In this document: positions 1 through 8,683 of the stretch, piece after piece
How the letters are laid out: each line of letters opens with the position of its first letter
Numbering within the stretch: the first letter of the stretch is position 1
From: Halogeometricum borinquense DSM 11551
Lineage (GTDB): Archaea; Halobacteriota; Halobacteria; Halobacteriales; Haloferacaceae
Assembly (NCBI RefSeq): GCF_000172995.2
Contig: NC_014729.1
Span: forward strand, 690,001-722,000
Direction: 5' to 3'
DNA length: 32,000 nucleotides
Translations under genes and position numbers: made by a program
The notes under the pieces: model-generated
What the model saw: the letters and a program-made list of their open reading frames with translations, nothing else
Told to the model about the DNA's origin: nothing
Database searches by the model: none

Positions 1-1212
1 ATACCTTCCTACTCCTTCATGTCTTCTACCCATATTTTCTCTTGGTGCTTCAGCTTGGTAGTGGTCCGGATTCTGGTACTCTTTCACGAATTCCTCTTCC
101 GATATAATTCCTTGTTGATAATACTCAAGAAGATATCTGTATTCTCGCTGTTTTTTGTGGCCCATATGCCATTGTTCTCCTCTACCTCTGTCTTTGTCCC
201 ACGTTAGCACTTCTTCTGTGTTTGGATCTCGAACCTTGTCGTCAATTCCCTCTGATCTTGCTCTGTTCCAGACTTCTTCGACTTGTCCTGGAGCGTACGG
301 TGGTCGATGATCAATACTGTATTTTTTCTGCTTATACTGTTCTGTGTCTTTTTCGGCGAATCGACCGATATTGTCCCGAGGCTGATCTCTCCACCGCTGA
401 ATGTGCACATCGGCTTTGTGCATCCGATAGATGCCGAGTTTCCCGCCGCTCATCACCCGCTGGGCCGTCTCTTCGGCTTCCCGTTCGAGACGCTCGTCAG
501 GATCAATTTCTAATTTCCCTTCTTGCGGGAGCATCGAGACGGCCCCACCTGTTTGCTGTCTCACATGCGCTAACTCGTGAGCGAGCAGGTGTTGACCTTC
601 TGTTGAAGAAGGGTCGTACTCGCCGTGGTTGAACGCGACATGATTTCCCACCGTGAACGCGCGAGCGTTGATATCCTCACAGGCGTTTGCGGCGCGTGAC
701 CCAGTATGGATACGCACGTCGTCCAAACTCTCGCCCATGCGCTCTTCCATCGCTTGTTGAATTGAGCTATCGAGTTGCTGGCCTGGCGAAGAAATCACGT
801 CACGAACCGAATCGGGGACTTGCGCGTTTCCAGATTTCGACGCCTCGTGGTGCGCGCCACGACTGCGCTGGACTGATTTAGCGTTCCGGCGCTCTATGTC
901 TTTGGGCACTTCGGCAGGACGCTGTTTTTGCCGTTCACGGAATGCACGCATGTCGCGCGGTTTGCCCATCGTGTCCACGGTCATGCCCTCGTCGGCCCAC
1001 TGCTGGACTTGGCCCGCGCCGTGTTGTTTGACAAGACGTTGGACTATCACCTCCAATCCATTCCGATACATGTCCATGCCGAAGCGCTGTTCGCAGCCCT
1101 GTGCGGTCAGCCGTCCACTGCGTTGCCGACGCGAGGAGTCCACGCGGTCCCGCTCGCTAGAAGGAGACCATTGGGTTTTCTTTTGCACCTCGTTCGCGGA
1201 GCGAAATCCCAT
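1..1212 (-). CDS. DUF4157-domain polymorphic toxin, paralog A, with a GH-E-like HNH/EndoVII nuclease C-terminal tip (3' end runs off the left window edge)
   Basis: Absent from the ORF track because no stop codon is reached inside the window. Manual reverse-complement translation from the ATG (complement of 1210-1212) gives MGFRSANEVQKK...GQQLDSSIQQAMEERMGESLDDVRIHTGSRAANACEDINARAFTVGNHVAFNHGEYDPSSTEGQHLLAHELAHVRQQTGG, a DUF4157-type signature with HExxH. This is followed by GIYRMHKADVHIQR and then ...LTWDKDRGRGEQWHMGHKKQREY...NPDHYQAEAPRENMGRRHEGVGRY. The frame stays open to base 1. The N-terminal ~270 codons are clearly paralogous to 22757..24664. Confidence 0.8.
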   Translation of the reverse strand, partial: MGFRSANEVQKKTQWSPSSERDRVDSSRRQRSGRLTAQGCEQRFGMDMYRNGLEVIVQRLVKQHGAGQVQQWADEGMTVDTMGKPRDMRAFRERQKQRPAEVPKDIERRNAKSVQRSRGAHHEASKSGNAQVPDSVRDVISSPGQQLDSSIQQAMEERMGESLDDVRIHTGSRAANACEDINARAFTVGNHVAFNHGEYDPSSTEGQHLLAHELAHVRQQTGGAVSMLPQEGKLEIDPDERLEREAEETAQRVMSGGKLGIYRMHKADVHIQRWRDQPRDNIGRFAEKDTEQYKQKKYSIDHRPPYAPGQVEEVWNRARSEGIDDKVRDPNTEEVLTWDKDRGRGEQWHMGHKKQREYRYLLEYYQQGIISEEEFVKEYQNPDHYQAEAPRENMGRRHEGVGRY

Positions 1213-1239
1213 CGTTCGATTTCGCTGACACAACCTTCG

Positions 1240-1248
1240 TATATAATT
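1240..1248 (-). promoter_or_regulatory. Putative archaeal TATA box for a leaderless transcript of toxin paralog A
   Basis: The plus strand reads tatataatt (minus strand aattatata), about 28 nt upstream of the ATG at 1212. The same element, catataatt, sits at the same distance upstream of the paralog at 24664. Confidence 0.45.
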
Positions 1249-1425
1249 GTTTGTTGCTGAGATAACATGGGAAAACACAATTTAGATGGACAACAAAATC
1301 GTCCGCCTCGCGGACGCTCAGGACTACATGCTGTCGGAACAGCGGTCGCGGCAGGTGTCACGCGACATATTCGCACCCAAACCGTACTGGTTGGTCTTAA
1401 GTAGGTTGGACCGTAACCATCGGTC

Positions 1426-2334
1426 ATGCCCGAGGAGACTGATTTGGAGGAGCTTCGTCGCGGGACGGAACTCGTCAAGCGCGGGTTCGCACAGATGCAG
1501 AAAGGCGGCGTCATCATGGACGTTGTCGATGCCGAACAGGCCCGAATCGCAGAGGAAGCGGGCGCAGTTGCGGTGATGGCGCTGGAAGCCGTCCCGGCCG
1601 ACATCCGCAAGCGCGGCGGCGTCTCCCGCATGGCCGACCCCGAGACGGTCAAAGAGATCATCGACGCTGTCTCCATCCCGGTGATGGGGAAGGCTCGAAT
1701 CGGTCACCACACGGAAGCGCAGATTCTCGAATCCATCGGCGTGGACATGATTGACGAGAGTGAGGTCCTCACGATGGCCGACGACCGCTACCACATCGAC
1801 AAGCGCGACTTCACCGCGCCGTTCGTCTGCGGTGCCCGCAATCTCGGCGAGGCACTCCGCCGCATCAACGAAGGCGCGGCGATGATTCGAACGAAGGGTG
1901 AGGCTGGCACGGGCGACGTGAACCAGGCAGTCCACCACCAGCGCAACATCAAGGGCTCCATCCGCAAACTCCAGGGGATGACCCACCAAGAACGCGAAAA
2001 GTGGGCGCGAGAACACGAAGCCCCCGCTGAACTCGTCCACGAGACGGCCGAGATGGGCCGTCTTCCGGTCGTGAACTTCGCCGCTGGCGGCATCGCTACG
2101 CCCGCTGACGCCGCCCTCATGATGCACCACGAGTGCGACGGCATCTTCGTCGGCTCCGGTATCTTCGGCGCCGAGGACCCCGAAGCGATGGGCAAAGCCA
2201 TCGTCGAAGCCGTCAACAACTGGGACAATCCTGACCAACTCGCCGAAATCGCCTCCGGCATCGGCAAGGGGATGAAAGGCCAGTCCAATCAAGACATGCC
2301 CGAAGAGGAGAAACTGCAGGGTCGCGGCGTCTAA
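1426..2334 (+). CDS. pdxS: Pyridoxal 5'-phosphate synthase lyase subunit PdxS
   Basis: 302 aa: [54 protein letters not shown]...[18 protein letters not shown]. This is the textbook PdxS/SNZ family sequence. Confidence 0.97.
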   Translation: MPEETDLEELRRGTELVKRGFAQMQKGGVIMDVVDAEQARIAEEAGAVAVMALEAVPADIRKRGGVSRMADPETVKEIIDAVSIPVMGKARIGHHTEAQILESIGVDMIDESEVLTMADDRYHIDKRDFTAPFVCGARNLGEALRRINEGAAMIRTKGEAGTGDVNQAVHHQRNIKGSIRKLQGMTHQEREKWAREHEAPAELVHETAEMGRLPVVNFAAGGIATPADAALMMHHECDGIFVGSGIFGAEDPEAMGKAIVEAVNNWDNPDQLAEIASGIGKGMKGQSNQDMPEEEKLQGRGV

Positions 2335-2431
2335 GCTTCGAGTACTCTCTTTCGATCTTCGCTTTTCGTCCGCTATCTCTCGCAGAAAAACTGGCAGCAG
2401 CGCTTGCGTGTCTGGTGACTACCGGTCGGAT

Positions 2432-2917
2432 CTACTCGGCTGTGTCAGCGTCTTCATCGCCTAGTTCGTCGTCGCCCATCAGGAGCGTGACGGGTCCCTC
2501 GAACGTGAGCAGAACCTTCTGGGCGACGTCACCGAACAGTGCTTTTCCGGCGGGCGAGCGACGACGGCCGCCGAGGAAGACGTGATCGACGCCCTCGGTT
2601 TCGGCAACGTCAAGAATCGTGTCGGCCTTCCGACCGACGGTACTGACGGCGCGGTAGGACACGTTCAGTTCCGATAGTACGTCGTCGGCGATTTCCATCG
2701 CTTCGCGCTCTGCGGTTCCCTCGGCCTGTTCGAGGGTGTAGATGGCGTCTGACGAGCCGATTTCGGAGACAGCACGACGCTTCTCCTCGAATTCGTCCTC
2801 CGGGATGATCGTCAAGAGAACGAGTTCGGTGTCTGTTCCTGTTGCGTACTCTCCCGCTTCTCGGATGAGACGACGGCCGCGTTTACCGGGCGTGACGACG
2901 ACGAGTGCTTGTTTCAT
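2432..2917 (-). CDS. Universal stress protein (UspA family)
   Basis: 161 aa containing VDHVFLGGRRRSPAGKALFGDVAQKVLL, the USP ATP-binding G-2x-G-9x-G(S/T)-like motif. The tail is acidic, as is typical of haloarchaeal proteins. Confidence 0.88.
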   Translation of the reverse strand: MKQALVVVTPGKRGRRLIREAGEYATGTDTELVLLTIIPEDEFEEKRRAVSEIGSSDAIYTLEQAEGTAEREAMEIADDVLSELNVSYRAVSTVGRKADTILDVAETEGVDHVFLGGRRRSPAGKALFGDVAQKVLLTFEGPVTLLMGDDELGDEDADTAE

Positions 2918-3037
2918 GCTGTTGCTGATACAACAACCGACATGAAATATTTGGTCAAATAAATGTTATCGTATACCATGGTTGGGGAGACAACGCGCAG
3001 TGTGCTCTCGTGAGATAGAGACACACTCCTCGTAGCG

Positions 3038-3913
3038 TTAGAAAACGACTGCGCCGCCGCCGACACGCGTCTGGTACGCTCGCGCCTCTACTCCGGCGTC
3101 GTCGAAGCCGTCTACCATCGCGGCGGCGACTTGGCGACGGTCGTCCGGATAGCAGGCGGCGAGGACCGATGGTCCCGCACCGGAGACAGTGACACCCGTC
3201 GCGCCCGCGTCGAGGGCGGCCGTCCGGACGTTCTCGTAGCCGGTGATGAGTTCCGACCGTGCGGGTGTGACGAGTCGTTCGTCCATTCCGCGGCCGACGA
3301 GTTCGGGATCCGACCGACACATCCCGACGGCGAGCGTCGCCGCGGAGCCGACCGTGTGCACGACATCCTCCATGTCGGCACGCGTCGGGACGACTCGGCG
3401 CGCGTCACGCGTCGAGATGGCGATTTCGGGGAGACAGGCGACCAGAGAGATATCGGTGTCAACGGTGGTGACTTCGTCCTCGCGGGCGACCGTGAACCCG
3501 CCAAGGAGGGCAGGTGCGACGTTGTCCACGTGCGCCTCGCCGGAGACGACCGCCTCACCTTCGGCGGCGGCGGGGACTAACTCCGAACGTGAGTATCCGC
3601 GGTCGTACAGGGCGTTCAACGCGAGTGCGGCACCTGCAGCGCTGGCCGCAGAAGAACCGAGACCAGATGATGGCCTGACGCCTTTGTCGATCTGGATGTG
3701 TGCGGGTGCGTCCAACGCCTCTGCGACGGCCCCAACGACGTTCTTCTCGGGGTCTTCGGGGATGTACTGACTGCCGACGCCCGTAACTTCAATCGTCGTG
3801 CGCGAGGCTTTTTCGACCCGGATCACGTCGGCAGGCCGGTCGAGGGCGACGCCGAAGACGTCGAAGCCGCTCCCGAGGTTCGCACTCGTCGCGGGTGCCC
3901 TAACCGTTCGCAT
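3038..3913 (-). CDS. thrB: Homoserine kinase (GHMP kinase family)
   Basis: MRTVRAPATSANLGSGFDVFGVAL... and PSSGLGSSAASAAGAALA (GHMP motif II). I prefer the internal ATG at 3913 over the track start at 3985, because homology-like sequence begins there. Confidence 0.9.
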   Translation of the reverse strand: MRTVRAPATSANLGSGFDVFGVALDRPADVIRVEKASRTTIEVTGVGSQYIPEDPEKNVVGAVAEALDAPAHIQIDKGVRPSSGLGSSAASAAGAALALNALYDRGYSRSELVPAAAEGEAVVSGEAHVDNVAPALLGGFTVAREDEVTTVDTDISLVACLPEIAISTRDARRVVPTRADMEDVVHTVGSAATLAVGMCRSDPELVGRGMDERLVTPARSELITGYENVRTAALDAGATGVTVSGAGPSVLAACYPDDRRQVAAAMVDGFDDAGVEARAYQTRVGGGAVVF

Positions 3914-4050
3914 GGAGTTTTTCTTTCCCAACTGCAGGTAAAAAGGTAGCGAAGCGGGGAACTTTCGCGTTCGCAGAACGGACACGATCTATCACCTCTT
4001 CCGCTTTGTCGAACAGAAAGGATTTTCCATGGGACGCCATAGCCGGATGC

Positions 4051-5403
4051 ATGATAGGTGTCGTCGGTGGCGGAATCGCAGGACTCGCCGCAGCGTATCG
4101 GCTGCGACAACACGGCTACGACGTGCAGGTGTTCGAAGCCACGGACGACGTGGGCGGCCTCGCGGCCGTCTACGAGACGGACGGCGACGATATCGAGAAG
4201 TTCTATCACCACCTCTCGAAATCCGAGGAGACTATCGTCGAACTCGCACAGGAATTGGGCCTCGGTAACAGATTAGAGTGGAAAATCGGCAAGAACTCCT
4301 ACTACGTAGACGGAACCGCCCACCCACTGGATACGGCGTGGCAGATTGCCGCGTACCCGCACATGAGCCTCTACGACAAGTTCCGCCTCGGAATGCTCAC
4401 GCAGGGTATCGACGTGCGTGGCGGTATCCCCGATTTCGACGCCTACAACGAACTGAGCGAGTACGAACACGTCTCCATCCGCGACTTCGTGGTCGAACAC
4501 ACCACTCGTGGCGTGTACGAGAACTTCGTTGATCCACTGCTTGACGGGAAGTTCGGCCACCGGAAAGACGACATCTCAGCGGCATGGTTCCTCGGTCGCA
4601 TCCGGTTCCGCGGCGAGCGTGACCTCCTGCGCGGCGAGATTCTGGGCTACTTCGACGGTGGCTTCCGACCGCTCTTGGACGCCCTCGTCGATGCCGTCGG
4701 CCGCGAGAACATCACGACCGGCGCGCGAGTGGCCGAGTTGGCGACCGATGGCGAGTCGGTCGATTCGCTCACCGTGGAAACTGCGGATGGAACTACGACG
4801 CACGACGTGGACTCCGTCGTCGTCGCGGCGATGCCGAACGTCCTCGAAGATCTGACCGGGTACGAGTGCGATATCGAGTTCCAAGGGGCCGTCTGTGGCC
4901 TCGTCACGATGTCCGAGTCGTTGCTGGACACCTACTGGCTCAACGTCGCCCACGACGCTCCGTTCGGATCGCTCATCGAACACACGAACTTCATCCCGAA
5001 AGAGCGGTACGGCGGTGACCACCTGCTGTATATCGCCAGCTACGTCCAGAGCCGCGAGGAGGAGTTGTGGCAGATGGACGACGACGAAGTCGAGGAGTTG
5101 TGGCTCGACGAAATCGAGTCGATGTACCCCGACTTCGACCGGTCTACAGTCGAAGAGTTCCGTATCGCGCGGAACCCCCGTGCGGGTCCCATCTACGAAC
5201 GGGGTTATCTCGATTTGGTCGTCCCTTACGACCTCGGAGACGAAGTGTCCGAGGGCGTCTATTATGCGGGGATGGCATCTGCGTCTCAGTACCCCGAACG
5301 CTCGCTGAACGGCGGTATCGTGGCAGGCTACGAGTGCGCCGACCGCATCGCACAGAAGCGGCGACCCGACCCGGACCGCGAATCGGTTCCCGCTGACGAC
5401 TGA
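4051..5403 (+). CDS. NAD(P)/FAD-dependent oxidoreductase (amine oxidase / phytoene-desaturase-like fold)
   Basis: The N-terminus carries the dinucleotide-binding motif MIGVVGGGIAGLAAAYRLRQHGYDVQVFEATDDVGGLA. The ATG at 4051 is preferred over the TTG at 4006 used by the track. Confidence 0.85.
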   Translation: MIGVVGGGIAGLAAAYRLRQHGYDVQVFEATDDVGGLAAVYETDGDDIEKFYHHLSKSEETIVELAQELGLGNRLEWKIGKNSYYVDGTAHPLDTAWQIAAYPHMSLYDKFRLGMLTQGIDVRGGIPDFDAYNELSEYEHVSIRDFVVEHTTRGVYENFVDPLLDGKFGHRKDDISAAWFLGRIRFRGERDLLRGEILGYFDGGFRPLLDALVDAVGRENITTGARVAELATDGESVDSLTVETADGTTTHDVDSVVVAAMPNVLEDLTGYECDIEFQGAVCGLVTMSESLLDTYWLNVAHDAPFGSLIEHTNFIPKERYGGDHLLYIASYVQSREEELWQMDDDEVEELWLDEIESMYPDFDRSTVEEFRIARNPRAGPIYERGYLDLVVPYDLGDEVSEGVYYAGMASASQYPERSLNGGIVAGYECADRIAQKRRPDPDRESVPADD

Positions 5404-5461
5404 ATCTATAATTTTATTTTTGACATATACCTTCGAAGCGAAACCCCTTTCACCGATACTG

Positions 5462-5475
5462 ACTGACTAGTCAGT
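5462..5475. promoter_or_regulatory. Perfect 14-bp palindrome, candidate TetR operator
   Basis: ACTGACTAGTCAGT is a perfect inverted repeat ending 3 nt before the GTG start of the TetR gene (5478). An AT-rich tract (attttatttttgacatatac, 5411-5430) lies upstream and may be the promoter. Confidence 0.5.
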
Positions 5476-5477
5476 TA

Positions 5478-6119
5478 GTGAACGAGCAGATGGAATCGTC
5501 GGTCCCCCCCGACGTACACGAGACGGTTATGGAAGCGACGTACCGGGCGCTTTGTGCCAACGGGTTCGCCAGTCTGACGATGCAGGACATCGCGGACGAG
5601 GCGGAGAAAAGTACCTCCCTCCTGCACTACCACTACGACACGAAACGCGACCTGTTGGTCGCCTTTCTTCGATATCTCCTCGAACGATTCGAAGAGAAGT
5701 TCGAGGATACGGAAGACGAAGATCCCGAAGAACGGCTTCGCCTTCTTGTTTCTCGGATGCTTCCGGCGGACGAAACCACCGATGAAAATCGGGTTGACGA
5801 ATCGGATTACGACCGCTTCGGACTCGCTATCCTCGAAGTCCGGATGCAGGCCCCGTACGAGGAGGACTACCGCGAGCAGTTGCGTACGAACATGGAGGTA
5901 ATCCGGTCGGGGCTGGCGAATGTCATCGAAGACGGTATCGAGACGGGTGCGTTCCGCGATGTCGATCCAGACAGGACGGCGCGACTCATCGTAGACGCCC
6001 TCGACGGCGCGCGGAGCGAACGCGTGACGTTGGACGACAATGACGCCCCTACGGAGGTTGCCGCCGCGCTTGACGAGTTCGTCCTTTCGTCGTTAGTGAC
6101 TGGAGGTGACGACGCGTGA
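5478..6119 (+). CDS. TetR/AcrR family transcriptional regulator
   Basis: The N-terminal HTH reads FASLTMQDIADEAEKSTSLLHYHYDTKRDLLVAFL. The stop overlaps the start of the downstream MATE gene (GTGA at 6116). Confidence 0.9.
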   Translation: MNEQMESSVPPDVHETVMEATYRALCANGFASLTMQDIADEAEKSTSLLHYHYDTKRDLLVAFLRYLLERFEEKFEDTEDEDPEERLRLLVSRMLPADETTDENRVDESDYDRFGLAILEVRMQAPYEEDYREQLRTNMEVIRSGLANVIEDGIETGAFRDVDPDRTARLIVDALDGARSERVTLDDNDAPTEVAAALDEFVLSSLVTGGDDA

Positions 6120-7594
6120 GTGCGCGCGATGTGAATCTCACCGATGGTGACCTGCTGAAACCGCTGTTAGTACTGTCGCTCCCTATCATTCTCTCGCAGA
6201 TGATGCAGGTCTGCTACAACCTCGCGGACACGTTTTGGGTCGGCCGCGTCGGCGAGAACGCCGTCTCGGCGCTCTCGTTTTCGTGGCCGATCGTCTTCCT
6301 TATGATCTCTATCGGTGGCGGGTTCACCGTCGCCGGAACCGTACTGGTCGCACAGAACAAAGGTGCGGGTAACGACGACAGAGTGAACCACGTCGCGGGG
6401 CAGACTATCGCATTTGTGATCCTCCTCTCGGCGATTTTCTCCGCTCTCGGCTACATCTTCGCGCCGTCGCTTCTGAACCTCATCGGAACGACGCCGGGCA
6501 CCGAAGTACACGCGCTTTCGGTATCGTACACCCGAACCATCTTCCTCGGCGTCTACTTCATGTTCGGCTTCTTCATCTTCCAGGCGCTTCTGCGCGGATG
6601 GGGAGATACTCGAACGCCGATGTACCTGATGGCGTTCGGTGTCGTCCTCAACGTCATCATCGACCCGTTCCTCATCCTCGGCTTCCAGAACAACCCCATC
6701 TTCGGGATGCTCGGGTTCGACGGCTTACAGGCGACGCTGTTCAGTCTGACCGGATTCACCGGGATGGGCGTGCAGGGTGCCGCGGTGGCGACCGTGTTCT
6801 CCCGCGGCGTCGGCGCACTCGTCGGATTTTACTTGCTGTTCTCCGGGCGCGTCGGTATCCACCTCTCGAAGGACGACCTCATCTTGAAGGCCGACACGGT
6901 ACGGAGCATCGTCCGTATCGGCGCGCCGACAAGCATCGAGCAGTCCACGCGCGCACTCGGTGTAACTGCCCTCACCGCGCTCGCTGCATACGCGGGGACG
7001 ACGGTAGCCGGTATCGATACCTCCGCGGCCGTCGCCGCCTTCGGTATCGGAAACCGTCTGAACTCGCTCGTGTTCCTGCCCGCTATCGGACTGCAACAGG
7101 GTGTCGAAACGGTCGTCGGACAGAATCTCGGCGCGGACAAACCCGAGCGCTCGAAGCAGACGGTGTTCCTCGGCGTCGGTCTCATTTCGGCCGCACTCGC
7201 CGTCGTCAGCGTTGTCAGCTACCAGTTCGCAGAACCCATCGTCGCGGTGTTTATCCCCGGAGAACCAAACGTCATCGCTATCGGCGTGAACTTTCTCCGA
7301 ATCAACGCGCTCGGGTTCGTCTTCCTCGGCATCTTCCGTGTCGTCTCCGGTGGGTTCCGTGGGAGCGGTTCGACGCGGACGGCGATGGCGTTCTCGCTGC
7401 TCGCGCTTTGGGTCCTTCGTATTCCGCCCGCCTACGCCCTCGTTGAGTGGACTGGCCTCGGTCTGGACGGCATCTGGTACGCGATGGCGTTCTCGAACGT
7501 CGCCGCCGCCATCGTCGCCGGACTCTGGTTCCTCCGCGGCACGTGGACGGACAACGTCGTCGATGTGTCACGACCCGTCCCGGCCGACGACTGA
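6116..7594 (+). CDS. MATE family efflux transporter
   Basis: 492 aa, polytopic, with LLKPLLVLSLPIILSQMMQVCYNLADTFWVGRVGENAVSALSFSWP typical of NorM/DinF-type MATE proteins. It appears translationally coupled to the TetR gene. Confidence 0.93.
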   Translation: MSARDVNLTDGDLLKPLLVLSLPIILSQMMQVCYNLADTFWVGRVGENAVSALSFSWPIVFLMISIGGGFTVAGTVLVAQNKGAGNDDRVNHVAGQTIAFVILLSAIFSALGYIFAPSLLNLIGTTPGTEVHALSVSYTRTIFLGVYFMFGFFIFQALLRGWGDTRTPMYLMAFGVVLNVIIDPFLILGFQNNPIFGMLGFDGLQATLFSLTGFTGMGVQGAAVATVFSRGVGALVGFYLLFSGRVGIHLSKDDLILKADTVRSIVRIGAPTSIEQSTRALGVTALTALAAYAGTTVAGIDTSAAVAAFGIGNRLNSLVFLPAIGLQQGVETVVGQNLGADKPERSKQTVFLGVGLISAALAVVSVVSYQFAEPIVAVFIPGEPNVIAIGVNFLRINALGFVFLGIFRVVSGGFRGSGSTRTAMAFSLLALWVLRIPPAYALVEWTGLGLDGIWYAMAFSNVAAAIVAGLWFLRGTWTDNVVDVSRPVPADD

Positions 7595-7653
7595 CGCGGT
7601 TCTTCTGTCGTCGTTCCCTTCGAAAACGTCCCGCTACGTACTACGTGTGTACA

Positions 7654-7866
7654 TTAATCCGAATTTTCCCTGCGCTCAACGAGTACCGCAGAAACTGCAA
7701 CGAATAGTGCAAGTAGGCTTCCAGCACCGATGATCGCGAGAGAGGCGTCTACCAATCCCGCTGTCACGATGTAATCGGACGACAACGCAACTGCGGTGAT
7801 TCCGGAGAGAGCGATGAAAAGCAGTTGGCGAACTGCCGACGAACCCTCCCTCGAAAATGTATTCAT
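7654..7866 (-). CDS. Small hypothetical membrane protein
   Basis: Reading from the ATG at 7866 gives MNTFSREGSSAVRQLLFIALSGITAVALSSDYIVTAGLVDASLAIIGAGSLLALFVAVSAVLV, which has two hydrophobic helices. No family recognised. Confidence 0.45.
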   Translation of the reverse strand: MNTFSREGSSAVRQLLFIALSGITAVALSSDYIVTAGLVDASLAIIGAGSLLALFVAVSAVLVERRENSD

Positions 7867-7963
7867 AGCGTCTCGTCGGGAGACGAGGCACATACGTTTT
7901 GGGTACCTCAGCGCGGAACCACTCGGTTTCTGAGGGCTTCGACAGAAAACTTGGCTTCCTCGA

Positions 7964-8563
7964 TTATGCTTCGCTTTCGTCCACGTCGGTATCGTTCACG
8001 CCAGGTGCGGCGCTCACATCCACGTCTTCGGGTTCTTCCTGACCGCCGACGTGGAGTTCACCGGACTCGTCTTCGACGTACACGTCGTCTGCGAACCCGC
8101 CCACGGCGTGGGGGTGTTCAGGGTCGTCGAGTTTTTCGGGCGTCGATGGTGCTTCCGGGATGTCTTGGGTTCGGAAGTCTCCGAGGGGATTTGCGATGTC
8201 GATGTCGTACCGCTGGAAGAACTCCTCGTAGCGCTCGTAGTGGGCTTCGAGTTCGTCGGCGGGGAACTCCATCATCTCTGTCCACCCGTGGTTGTAGAAG
8301 TCGAAATTCGCCTGAATGTGGGTGATCTCGCGGGCTTTGGCCTCGGAGAACCCGGATTCGAGTGCTGCCACGTACGTGTCGAACGTGCAGTCGAAGAACG
8401 CCTCCATGTGGGGTTCGCGCTCCTCGCGGTGGTCGGGATCAGCTTTCTCACCGAACACGCGGACGTGCAGGCCGACTAGTTTATCCGTGGCGATATCCCC
8501 GACGACCGGCATCGTCAGCGCCTTTTTGGCGGCAAAGTGCCGGATGTTCTGTCGGATTTTCAT
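7964..8563 (-). CDS. Conserved haloarchaeal protein of unknown function with an acidic C-terminus
   Basis: 199 aa: MKIRQNIRHFAAKKALTMPVVGD...EITHIQANFDFYNHGWTEMMEFPADELEAHYERYEEFF. It looks like a conserved haloarchaeal DUF-type family. The exact family needs an HMM search. Confidence 0.75.
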   Translation of the reverse strand: MKIRQNIRHFAAKKALTMPVVGDIATDKLVGLHVRVFGEKADPDHREEREPHMEAFFDCTFDTYVAALESGFSEAKAREITHIQANFDFYNHGWTEMMEFPADELEAHYERYEEFFQRYDIDIANPLGDFRTQDIPEAPSTPEKLDDPEHPHAVGGFADDVYVEDESGELHVGGQEEPEDVDVSAAPGVNDTDVDESEA

Positions 8564-8683
8564 TTCACGTTCGCTTAGGACTGGAGTCTCTTGAAGGGAA
8601 CGCGTCGCGGAAGTCGTTTCCCACTTCTGACCCCCGCCGCGACAGTCGTGGATTTTTGTTATCAGGATGTTATATTGTCACAC

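Noticed and set aside
1324-2292. 322-aa minus-strand ORF (and 1788..2288) antisense to pdxS
   Set aside because: It lies entirely inside the unmistakable pdxS gene. The product is Asp/Gly/Ala/Arg-rich with no motifs. This is a typical shadow ORF in high-GC DNA.
6598-7446. 282-aa Arg-rich plus-strand ORF inside the MATE transporter gene. The same applies to 8362..9039, 11669..12574, 16666..17463 and 17599..18105.
   Set aside because: These are alternative frames or antisense strands of well-supported genes, with a low-complexity Arg/Gly/Pro composition characteristic of out-of-frame translation of GC-rich coding DNA.
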